Of a stretch of DNA of 64,000 nucleotides, positions 38,861 through 50,485 are shown piece after piece (the first letter of the stretch is position 1; every line of letters starts with the position of its first letter). The notes below the pieces were generated by a model. That model worked only from the letters and a program-made list of their open reading frames with translations. It made no database searches and had not been told where the DNA came from. Position numbers and translations under genes: made by a program. Source of the DNA: Pavona decussata (lineage: Eukaryota). Location of the stretch: assembly GCA_977016875.1 (NCBI GenBank), contig CDRNST010000244.1:62001-126000 (forward strand), read 5' to 3'.

Positions 38861-39874
38861 TGAGAACATCATGATAAAATATGACTTGATTAAAACAAAA
38901 CAAAACAAAAAGACATAGCATTAAAATAAATCACGATTTATTACTACATTAAATTTGTAATATTTTCACTGGATGCCAGTACTCTGAGGACAAGAAATCT
39001 TAATTGTCAGAAATTTCTGTAAAAAAGCTATAAAAAGGACTCAGAAATTGTAAATATTGGAAATAATCCATTTTTTGTTTACAGGTAGAAATCTTGTGAC
39101 GGCGTAAAAAAAAAAAGAAAGATAATTGGGTATACATTCACTTTCATATTATGTCCGACTGCATCCATATCTAAGCGAAAGATTCACTCAGTGTGCCATC
39201 TCAGATAAATTATTCCAAGGAGTGAGTGATGCATAAATTGTGTCATGACATTGAGTCCATGTACAGAATGTTTTCATTCCACTAAAAATGATCGATACTA
39301 GTCCCTGAGATGCTATAATAATATATGACAATAAAAAAGTACTATGAAACCTTTATTTTACAATTCACTAGCTCGCTCCAAGGATAAACAGGTTAAAACA
39401 AAAAGAATCCCCTTTAATATAGTGCAGATTCACTCAAGGAGAAATATTTGAAGAGTAAGTGAAATAATAACTGTAATTAGTAGCTACCAAAACATTTTAA
39501 AAATATGTTAAATAAATGAACTGAGCATTGCATGTGATTATTTTTTAATACTGGTTTTTCTTCTATCGAGAGCTATTGAAATAACAAAACTGATCCCTTG
39601 AAAGAACTTGCAGCTTCATAGGAGCCAAACGCACTAGCAGAACTTTGCACTACAAGAAAACCTTCAAGGTGAAGGTTTATGTCGTAGTTGTTTGATAGTT
39701 CTGCATTTAAATGTTTAATTGTTTTTCTTCTTTTTGATTCTTCCACCTCGGCGAACAATTCACTGATAAACTCCACCAAATAGTCCTTTTATGGTTCAAT
39801 TCCAACCAACCTCTACGTCTCACAGTCTTCTTCTTAGAGTCAAAAACCCGGAAAAAGTTGACTGATGGCTAAAC

Positions 39875-42800
39875 TTATGGAGCGTGTATGGGACACTCCC
39901 AGTAATACAGTATACAGTTATGTTGACCATCCGGTTTACACAAGCATTTGTAGTCGTTTAAATTGGACTGCGTTACTTGCAAGTTATACTCCTCTGCAGT
40001 TTCCGATGTGCAATACGCTCCTATTATTTTTGTATTCTGCAAAAATGAAAAAAGAACAAACGCTGAAATCATTTGTTTGACTACAGTGTAAAAAGGTAAA
40101 TCGGGGGGGGGGGGGAGGGGGGGAGTTAATTTCTACAAGATTATCTTGGGGCTACAGGCATTTTGAAAAAAGATTTGAGGCACTTAACAATATCATGATC
40201 GTTTCCATTGGAAAATACTCTCTTAAGCACAGCTGAGAAATAGAAACCAATTCTGACCCCAGGCCCAGTTTCAATGTTGTCGCACGTTATTTTCAAAGTC
40301 AATATGAAATTTGTTCAACATTGATTAAGAGGAGAAGAGATTGATTTGAACCGGCATAAAGTTGAAAAAAGCATTGTTTGCACGAAGCGTTCGAATTCGT
40401 TTTCACCACTGCTTGTAGCAGTAAGAGTAAGAGTAAGAGTAAGAGTAAGAGTAAGCAGTAAGAGGCTGGCCAGTTAGCTCCTGTAGCTCTTTCTAAAGTG
40501 TGACGGATCTGAATTCAGGCCTACCGAAAAGTATGAGGACTTGGCCAGAGTAACCCTTTGATCGATTAAGTCGTGTTCTTTTAGTTCGTTGAGAGTAAGA
40601 GGAACCCAACTGATCTAAATTACGCATGCACTCAATCGCTTGTTTTATAGTCTATAGATGATGAAAATTAGCTAGTACAGTGTAACAGTTTAGACGCATT
40701 CAGCACACGGTTGAACTGTATTTTAGTAATAGCTCTTGCACCACCTGCTAGTTACGGTAAATGTTCAATCCAGCATAAGGCATTGAAATCTCTCCCAATG
40801 TGCACAATCGGATCTTCATCTTGATGGCGCAATGGTCAAAGTGCCGGCCGCTTTCACAAATGTGGCCTGGGTTCGAATACCGGAACCCAATTCGACTTTG
40901 CTGCTGTCCCGAAAGTCTTTTGAGGGCCGCTCCATTTTCTCTCTCTCTTCAAAAACTAGTATTTCGAACTTCCTATCGATCCAGAGGGCCGCGAGGTTGC
41001 CATTCACGCAACCGTTACGTATCGCTTTTAATTGCTCTCTTTAGATAACAGAGTCTTAAGTTTAGTTACCCGAGTACGCGATCTGGAATCAGAGCTCCAC
41101 GGGTTGGCTGGTCATTTGTTGGTCAAATCTTACACTCAGGCAATGAAAAGTTGAGTTTCCTATTACATCTTATATTACAAATACAGTATCTATGTAACAT
41201 GGCCTTACCAGGGTATCACTAACGACCACTTGGGTTGTTTGCCTTTTATCCTTGTGTTCACACCAAGTGAAGTTGCCGATACCCCTTACTCCCTGTTCAC
41301 CAAGGGGCCCCTGGGATCCCGTGTTTCCACTTTCTCCTTGTAAGCCCTTAGCTCCCTTCCCGCCTGGAAGCCCTTTAGAACCTTTGGTTCCAGGAAAGCC
41401 GTTATCTCCAGGAGGTCCTTTGTTCCCTGGGGTACCATTAGAGCCGATCGTTCCTGGATCTCCTCGCAGTCCCTGTGGTCCGACGTTTCCTGCTGGACCC
41501 CTGGAACCGTTTTGGCCTCTCTCACCTACGGGACCCGGCTGTGAAATTTTTATAGCCACCTAGGAAAAAAACAAATTATACAGTTTTATTAGACACAAGG
41601 ACGACATATTGTACAAAAAATGTTTGTTTTTTCATCTGTTACTGGACATTTTTCTCACTCAGTTTCGGAAATATCATCACACACAGCCTTTGTAACCGTC
41701 AAGCTAGTAAAACCAGGAGTAAAACACATAGGTGTTGAACACCTGCTGTTCTTTCGAATAAGAAATGAGCTTCAGTTTGTAAAGGCGCGGGAAGCAATAC
41801 CTTTAGAATTTCCTTTACGCAAGTGAAATTGAGTTGTCGAAATACTATTTTCTACGGGTGTTATATGGCAAAGGTTGTTGAGTAAAAAAAACACTCTTGA
41901 GTTCTGCTTGTAAGAGAATGAGTCAAGATCTGCAATAAACGCTATGTGTTTTGAAGAAGATCTGGTCCACGTGATGCAAAAACGATCTCGGAAGGTAGCA
42001 GGGTACCTCTCGTTCAGCCACGGAGCCAAATACCCCAAAAGTCCCTGTTACACTGCTTTGCAATTGGCTTCAGATTTTGAGCGGCTTGTGGATGCCAATT
42101 TATATTACGTTATCAAAGAATGATAATTGTAGGTCATCGATCATCGAAAATAATATTTGGTTTATCAACTGAGTTGATAAGGTAATGGGCCCTTTGCAGC
42201 AAACGGTCACATGGTACAAAATCCACATTGCTGGAGAGCAAGCTACGCACTGGGACATTAAAACAAACTGAAGAAAATTCAAGTTTGACTGGATGAAGTC
42301 GCTTTGTTTTGAATGTACTCTCCAGCATGGCGGAGTTTGTATCATGTGACCGTTCATTACGAAAGGTCCATTTGGCCACCGTAAAGGATTCAAGAGCTGA
42401 ATTTTCGAGCGTTAGCTCTTTCTTGGATTCGCTCTGACAAAGGGTTAACACTCGAAACGTCAGCACTCGAATCTCTTCATGGTGGCCAAATTAACTCTGT
42501 TGATAAAACCAAGTGTTCGTCTCTACCCCTCCCCCCTCCCCCTCCCCCCTCCCCCCTCCCACCGACGCAGCACCACAGTTGCTTTAGAAACTAACCCCCT
42601 GATCATACAAAAGAGTCTTCAAAGAAACACCACAATAAGGATTTAACTAACCTGTCGCAAATAGCAACAGCAACCTGTAATTGTATTTGCTATTTTCTTA
42701 TTCAAGTTTCTTTGTTGTTGTTGTTGTTCAAAGAAAAGAGGGAAAATGAAGTATTACTTGACGAGCCATTCCATTCGTGTCCATTTCTTAGGGAAAAAAT

Positions 42801-45800
42801 CAAGTTTTAATATCGTTATTGTTGGGTACTGCAAGTTCACCTTTTTGCACACGGGTAGTTCTTCAGTTAGAGTTTCGAATCACTGATGGACCTAACCCAC
42901 CTTTTCGGCGATGGTGTCATTCATGGCGTCTATTGCACTGTCGATAGCATCATTTTGTTGCTCATATGTTCGCTTTATCTCTGCTAACTGCAAAAGAAAG
43001 TGAAGCCGGCGTGAATTTGTGAGACGTTCGGCCCGGAGGGGACATACAACCAGTTGGCATATAAGGATGGTTGCAACACTACTCTAGCTCTGTGAAAAGG
43101 CCAGCACGTGTAGCTGAAATGGCTCGATAAGGAGGCCGATACAGTAACGGTTTTTTCTTTCGAATTTTCTACGGCATTTAATTCTGTAAACCATCAAATT
43201 ATTTTTAACAAGTTGGAAAGAGCTCCCTTTATAATTAACTGAGCTTTTGATTTTTTAAGTGGCAGGCAGCAGCGAGTTGTAGCAGCTTGCTCTTTTCACA
43301 TCCCGGGAAATGAGTATCATTCACGCCCGTAACAAAAATGTCAAAGGATGCCACATGGAAACTTACCCCGAATATTTCTGTTTTCCCCCGTCACAGAAAC
43401 CTAATTTTCAAAGCCACTGAAACCGTTGATTCTCAACGGATTTTCAATTCTGTGTTTATAATCATAACATACCTCGCTCGTAAGCGTTGAATTGAGGGCT
43501 CGGAGATGATTGAATATCGGTCCATGATCCGGGTCAAACTCCTGCACTGTACCGTTGATCTGTAAAAGGAAATACGGAGAAAAGGTCATTCTAGCTGTGT
43601 TAAAGAATGGTACGCTATGCGCTCGCTGCCAGTTCTCTTCGAGCGGCATCTCTTGAACCCGGATTTTTGAGTCACATGACCGTCAGCGAGTTGAATTACT
43701 TCCGGAAAAAGTAAAACTTCGGGGCCTTATAGTTACAGCTTGGCTAGATTTCGTTCAGGATATTTATGCGGTATTCCATGGTAGCGGGTGTGCATTAATG
43801 AAGCACTGAATAATGTCTTTTCTTATGGACTTTTGAGCATATTTACCCAGCGAGAAGTAGCAATATTAGGTAGTTCATGGTACTTTTAGAAGTATACATA
43901 GTCCGTGATGAATCTTTGCTTCAAGGAATCCTCTTGAGTATAAAATCAGTAGCTGGGAGGGTCCCAATGATCTTCCTCCTTAAAAGAAACAAGCACTACA
44001 TTTCGAACCTCCCATGGGCTTCCTTTCTAAGAATAGCGACGATCTCTCATGCAAACCATCCCCTCCCTCCCTCCCCCCTGACTTTTGGGCAAATAAAATA
44101 ATAGGACATGCTGTGCATCTCATTATGAAAGCAAGGCTAAGTTCAAAGTTTTTGTAATAAAGATTAGTTTTCATTCATATGCAAACAAAACTATTTTCTT
44201 ATGAAAAGCTTTGCACTTAGCCTCGCTTTCATAATGAGGTTCACAGCAACTTGGAAATGGCCTTACTATTGATCATCCTCAACATGCAATTATTGGAGGA
44301 AACAATGAACCTGTAATCACTAATAAAAACCTTACATGATCAATGACGGAGTAGAACTGGTTGGAAAATGTTTTGATGGCTTCTGATATGTTGTTAAACT
44401 CCGTCTCGGCTGCCATAAGGGCGTCTTTGTTTCCTTTTGATTCCATTATTAAAGATTCCTATTAAGATAATAATTACAAGATGCAATGATTATATAAAGA
44501 CATCATTGATCACTTTTCAAATTGTGAATGGCCAAGCTTTTTCATACTTACGAGAACTGTTGACCAATAGCTGAGTGTTACAGACTTGGGAAAAGTCTCT
44601 TCTCCTCATCTGACCCTAATCAACTTCAACGTTGGACTTTTAATCTTACGGATATCGCTCTAAATATTTCTTACCGTTCCAGTCATCCGAGATAGTGAGA
44701 TCCTAGACATTTTTCAGCCAAGACTTAAGGTTACCCGGTACCTTCAGAGGTGTCTCGCGTTTAAGCGATGTAGCGCGTCCAGTTTAAACTGTAGATACCT
44801 AAACCCCTATATCAAATTAAAGCTTATAGAGCTGACTATCAAACCATACCAAGAATTTTGAAATAAAATAAATTGTCGAATTTTTCACGAGCTCTAATTG
44901 CGAGCGTCCGAATCACCTTTTTAAAGCTTCAAGTCAAAGTGAATTTTGTTTTTTGCTAATTTAATTTGCTCCTCAGTTTCCGGACCCAAAGCGCTAAAAA
45001 AACGTGTCTGCGTTTTGCCATATTCAATCGCAGGGAAAAGTTATAGAGCGTTTTCGAAATAGGATGAAAAAAAAAATGTGAAGTAATCGTACAAAAATCG
45101 CTCTCGGAGAAAAAACATTTCGAAAGAAAAAATTCGCAGACACGTTTTTGTTGTTTATATGTTAAACTAGCTACTTTCCAAATTTGAAGGCAAACGAACA
45201 AATTCCTTTGGAGTTTTAGCTCTTTGAAGTGGCTCCTCCTAATGAAAAAAATTATTCGAGAAAACAGCGCTAAAAATTCGGCAATTCATTTTATTTCAAA
45301 ATTCTTGGTTTAGTTGAATAGCCAGCTCTAAAAGCTTTAATTTGAAATAAGGGTTGAGGTATCTACAGTTTAAACCGGACGCGCTACATCACTTGGACGC
45401 GAGACACCTCTGAAGAAACCTCTGAACGTACCGGGTAACCTTAAACAGTTTCCTTTTTAAACATGTCTTCGCATATTAGTGTTAGTTTTTTTATATAGTT
45501 GCGAGGCACATTCAACAGCAAAGATATCTATGCCCTCTATAAGAATAAGAATTTTTATACCCTTTAAGAATAGATCTACTGGAAAAAATGTATCCAGTGC
45601 TTTATCTACGAGGCTTTCATTTTATTCTCGTGCGTTATGGTGACTGTATTCTTGGAAATTTCCAAATTATTTATAAGTAATTTTTTTTATACCTTAATTT
45701 TGCCAAGAATGCCAAGAATCACAAGTGCTTTCAGATTAATCTTACCGCTTCTTTACGAAGAGAGGAAATATTAGCTTTAAGTTCCTCCAAGACGTCATAG

Positions 45801-45891
45801 AATGGAGAGAGATCCATGTTAAACGTGCTTTCAGAAGTTTGCTCAGATGTGTTTCTCTGCTGCGACGATTTTCCAACATTTGGCGAAGCAC
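39875..45891 (-). CDS. Gene B constant exons: coiled coil, 29 Gly-X-Y collagen triplets, 6-Cys C-terminal domain (paralogue of gene A)
   Basis: Exons 45891-45746 (phase-1 acceptor), 44458-44336, 43559-43473, 42987-42901, 41559-41209 and 40036-39875 (stop) are GT-AG and in frame. Sizes 146/123/87/87/351/162 versus 149/123/99/87/369/186 in gene A. Products are 455 aa with B1 and 438 aa with B2. C-terminus ...YKCLCKPDGQHNCILYYWECPIHAP. Confidence 0.88.
40418..40463. repeat. (GTAAGA)n simple repeat
   Basis: About seven tandem hexamers. Confidence 0.85.
42156..42600. repeat. Foldback repeat bearing minimal hammerhead-ribozyme-like motifs (family also at about 48570-48735 and 61670-61895)
   Basis: TTTGGTTTATCAAC / GTTGATAAAACCAA arms; core GCT-CTGAC(G/A)A-AGGGYTAAC(G/A)CTC-GAAAC-GTC-AGC. 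A smaller MITE is nested at about 42185-42373. Confidence 0.6.
44729..45440. mobile_element. Kolobok-like non-autonomous element (TTAA target site) in a gene B intron
   Basis: About 155-bp imperfect TIRs GGTTACCCGGTAC.../...GTACCGGGTAACC. TTAA at 44725-44728 and 45441-45444; termini start with purines. Confidence 0.8.
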
Positions 45892-47491
45892 CTGTAGGAT
45901 TTGAAATCGCCTCGTTACTATGTGAGAAACACATACACAAAAACTGATGATGATTAGCAAAATACCTCAATTGCAAACGTGAATCAATTAACACTGTGTC
46001 GAGAACATACTCAGTTTGGAGTTTAAACGTGAATGGGAAAAGTAGAAAAATGTAAAAGTAGTCAATGAGATCCGATAACCGGTCGAATTTCTGCACTCTA
46101 CTGATTAACATATTTTTCAAACCAGTATCGATTTCTTAGTGTTTATAAATTGCACTTCTATACGAACGTAACAAACACATTCCATGAGCAATTTTTCTCT
46201 ACCGACTACCATTTGAAAGTCTATCACTTCAGTTGGGCGTTATACGTATCATTTTGATTGGGCTAGTGCATTCTTGCCTTACCTTCGTGAAAAATGTGCT
46301 TTAATAAATTGAATTGAATTGAATTGAATTGGCCTCGTAAAATTTGGCGACAAACAGAGTAATCCAAAAGCTAAATCACTAGCTTACGTTTTGCATTCCT
46401 ATATATAACAATCAACTCCGAAGAAATAAATAAGACTTCAGAGTACAACTATACTTAAAAGCATCACAGTGCCTTTATACTAGATGGCCCCCGAACCCGA
46501 GGGAAACTGAAGCGGTTGTTTTGGAGTCATGCACTCTAACATAACTGTTTCTCCTTATCCAACCTTGAGTTACAGATGGATTCAAACGCAATATCGACTG
46601 CATTAGATTGTTGCGTGCAACCATTCATTTTGTTTAAAAATAACTGATTATTGCTGCATTTCGTTTTCGTCCACCCACATCATTTTTTCTTGACAATGTT
46701 CCAGCACAGTAAATAAGATACTTTGGGCAATTTTGTTTTCAACTGGAGCAGATCAAAGCGCGCTTGTTGTTGTTTCAGCTTGCACATTCATTTGGAACTG
46801 AGGTGTAAACATAAAGATCAAACTCCAAGTTTCTGTGACAAGAGTTCAGCCTTTTGTTGACCTGTAGGTTACTTGCTAAAGACCCTAGTCACTATCCTCG
46901 CGTAGTGTTTATGGGAAAGACACTTCACAAAACCGACCTCATTGGTACCCAGGTGTTTCAATGGGAACCAGCGAAAACATAGGGAAACTTTGACGCTTGG
47001 GAATTATAACTCTCATACGATAGTATGGATACTGTGCCATTCAATTTATTGGTCGCGGTCGATTGGCTGTATTCCGTAATATATTCTGAGAACTGACTAA
47101 ACGGAAAACCCTAGCGTTCTCGTCTTGGGCAATTCTGCAACCTTTCGATGGCACGTGGATATTCAATAATAATATTAATTGTGATGGAAGAGCCAGCTTT
47201 TACTTGCGAAACTCTCATGGGGATTTTTAGTAATTGCTGGACTTTGTTTCTTTATTATGGAATAGAGCCAAACAAACGCACCCTTGGAAGAAATAGTATC
47301 GTTCAAACTTCTGCAGAAATTACAAAATCTCAGTCGAGCACTAACAATTGTAAGCCATGCCACTAGGCACCTGAAGACCTGTCGAGCTACAGACGTCGTG
47401 TTTCACTTTTATAAGCTTTGATTGATCTTGGAACATTAACTCCACGTTATAGACAGAAAACCTATCAGCAGTACAGTTAGCTATAGCTCAC

Positions 47492-47852
47492 CTTTTGGGT
47501 TACAAGAACAGCGATCAGGTCCCAAAACCCCAAGAACCATCAGAATAACTAAAGCCAAGGCGGCAACCGAGAAGAATAAAACTAGAAACTGAAGCAAACG
47601 GTGAAAACACAAGCCTCGGCAACACTTGTTGCTGCGACTTTCGACTTGGCCTTTGTCTCTCTTTAACTTTTCTTGCTTTCTTCCACGTTTCTTCGGTTGT
47701 TTCGTTTGCTTCGCATTGTTTTTTGGCGAGTTAATTCCTCGTTTAAGCTTTGCTGTTTCTCGAAGAACAACATACGAAGAGGTGGAATCAGCGCGCGTTC
47801 TATGTTGTTTAGGTTCGCGATTGTTTTCGGTGGATGGAACGTTGTCACCCAT
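47492..47852 (-). CDS. Gene B variable first exon B2: basic cytoplasmic tail with a single ITIM-like Tyr, plus TM helix
   Basis: ATG at 47852; 361 nt; phase-1 donor AAAG/GTGAGC. TM RLLQFLVLFFSVAALALVILMVLG followed by VLGPDRCSC. Confidence 0.85.
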
Positions 47853-48876
47853 TGTATTCACAACCACACGTTGCTCAGCTCAAAGCAGTTGTTAATCATC
47901 CTTACTCCACTTAACACACCAACGTCGTGTTAAACACTATACGTGCTTTCCGTTGTGTAAATCTTGAAAACGGAACCTACATATTTCTCCAGTAAACACG
48001 TGCTGATATACATGTAATATTGAGCCTATACTGAGTGAAGTATTACTTATCATATGCAAAAGAAACTACTAAAAAACAATACCCGCCAAAATCACTCAAT
48101 GATGATTGGCCTGCAGAATATGAAGAATGTAAAACAAGAAGTTGGCCTGAGGGTTTCATCTAGAAACACTGTGAATATATTGTCGGCGTATTTTTTCCCT
48201 TCATTTTCTGATGTTCCGATATAACTGGTTAACAAATAAACAAATTGAGATAAAAAACACGAAAGAACATAAAGCATACATAATTTCGTTTTTTTTTTCC
48301 TCCGGCGTTTTTATTTCAAACTTGTGCAATATACTAGGGATGAAACATCCAAACGGTTCAATAAGCAACGACGTTTCGAGAACTATCAGCATATAACTCT
48401 GACTATTTGTGCAACGCTTTTCCTTTATTCAGTAAAGAATTCGAAACACGGATTTATTTCAGTAAACCAACTGAACGAAGCTTGTTTTCCTAGGTATACA
48501 GGACCGGGAAATCGCGAGAATTGATATAGCATCCTTTCCTAAGTGAAATCCTTGGTTTGTTACGAATGTTTTGTTTATCAACTGAGCCGATAACTAAAGG
48601 TAAATTGATCACCGTATAGAGATTCGAGTGCTGACGTTTCGAGCGCGTTAGCCCTTTGTCAGAGCGGATTCGCTCTGACGCTCGAAACGTCAGCACCGCA
48701 GCGCCATACAGTTTCTTTGGAAACGAGCCCCTTTATCCTTTGGTTTGTTATTCCGTCACTAATGAGTTCCGACTTCCGAAATACTGTTGGAAACTGTTCA
48801 CAAAACACCGCAAATTTTAACGTGGACAGATTCCAACGCGTAAGAAGAGCAACCTAACAAGTTCTCGGCGAACTAA

Positions 48877-49171
48877 AGCCGCCGTTACACGTTGAAACTT
48901 TTAGCTGAAACTTGTGTGCAACGGCGCTGCGAAACAAGTTTCAGCTGGCGTTGCACCGTGTAACATGGTCGGTTTCGTGAAACTTTTTCGAACTTCCGTT
49001 GCGAGACAAGTTTCACGAAAAGTAGAACCGCTTTCTACTTCTGCAACGGCTCGCAACGGTCGCTGTGGTGAAAAAACAAGAGTTTCACCGTGTAACACCA
49101 CTTCGTGAAACTGGTCTCGTTCGCCGTTGCACACAAGTTTCAGCTAAAAGTTTCAACGTGTAACGGCGGCT
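48877..49171. mobile_element. Harbinger-type MITE with TAA target-site duplication
   Basis: Perfect about 50-bp TIR AGCCGCCGTTACACGTTGAAACTTTTAGCTGAAACTTGTGTGCAACGGCG; TAA on both sides. Confidence 0.9.
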
Positions 49172-50485
49172 TAACTGACATTTTCTCTCTAGCTATAAAA
49201 CTGTAGTTAGCTAGTACAAGAAAACATCATAAGTCAAGTAAATTATTAGCTCTGCGCTATGCAAAATTCGAGCAATTAAATTTGAACAATGAAAACAAAT
49301 AACTTGCAAGCCGAATTGTTCTATTGTGGCCAAACGTTTCCGTTTACAGTCAGGTTTCCTATTTTAGCTCCTGAAAACCGAAATTTTCTGCACGCAGCGC
49401 ACTTTATATTAGTACCTTTAACAGGCTGTCCTTAAAGATATTTCTCTTTTAGAGGCCACAGCGAAAAATGACGGAGAGCTTTTAACCTCTACAGTATGTT
49501 CAGCAAACAAAGCATTCAATAAACATTTTTAAAAATCAGCTTTTCATCGAATTTTGGCCTTAAAAATCTGCGGATTGATTCCATCAGTATATAAAAGGAA
49601 ATCATCTGATAAAGCTCTTTATTCATGAAGTTGTCCATTGAGAACCTACCCGCGGCGCCCGGCCTAGTTCATTCGGTTTAAAAAAAAATGAAAACAATTT
49701 TTTTGGGGGTTTTTCAGTTAAAATCTTGATTAGTCTTTATAGAAATGAGAATGTAAACCTGAGCATATTCAGTTTTACCAAGAATTGAGAGATCAATTTA
49801 TCGAAGACAGTATTTTCCTGAACTCTTTGGTACTCGCTGGTAACTAATGTTCTTATTATCATGCCAGAAACTATTTTGCTTGAGAGAAGTTTCTACATGA
49901 CGGGAATTTAAATGGGATATGTAGGAAATTTATAAGTGAACAGTTATTTATTGATCTCTATTTTACGTCTTGTAATACATTTGTTGGTGAACGAATGCTG
50001 CATAAAAGCTTGTATGCATGGAAGCGCTGCAAGATTTTACGTCAATCCTTCGCGAAGAACTTAACTTCAAAGTCTGCGGTTAGTTGTCTCTTTGTATCAC
50101 TATTTTGTGTAAAAGTACGTAAGTGTTTTGATGTTGTTCCTCCTTAAAGATTTCGCATATTGGCACGAGAAAAATTCGCAATATTTGTCAGGTCATGACG
50201 GGACAAATTCTCGAAACTGGCGATGGACCCAAACGAAACTGAATTCCGCATAGTTAGGAAAACTTTAATTCTAGTTTTTGTTTGAACTAATATTTCATCA
50301 TTTCCCTATTGTAGAAGTTACAGTTTCTATCGTGAAAATTACCAAAACAAGGCTCAATATTTAATGATGTGGCTCAGACTGAAGGAATGAATTGAATTTG
50401 CATTTACGATCCTCCAATAAACATGACAGTAATCAACAACAAATTAAAAACTGATAAGAAAAAATACAAACATAAGTGAACTCAC

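Noticed and set aside
41252-41563. Pro/Gly-rich ORFs antisense to the collagen exons (also 30712-30948)
   Set aside because: Shadow frames of Gly-X-Y codons.
27411-45891. Ectodysplasin, collectin, MARCO or C1q orthology for genes A and B
   Set aside because: No TNF, C-type lectin, SRCR or C1q domain and no clear furin site in the stalk. Only the overall architecture is similar, so no gene symbol was assigned.
45892-45920. Upstream acceptor (CATAG) for the first constant exon of gene B
   Set aside because: It is phase 2 relative to the reading frame and does not fit the phase-1 donors of B1 and B2. The CTACAG acceptor at 45891 does.
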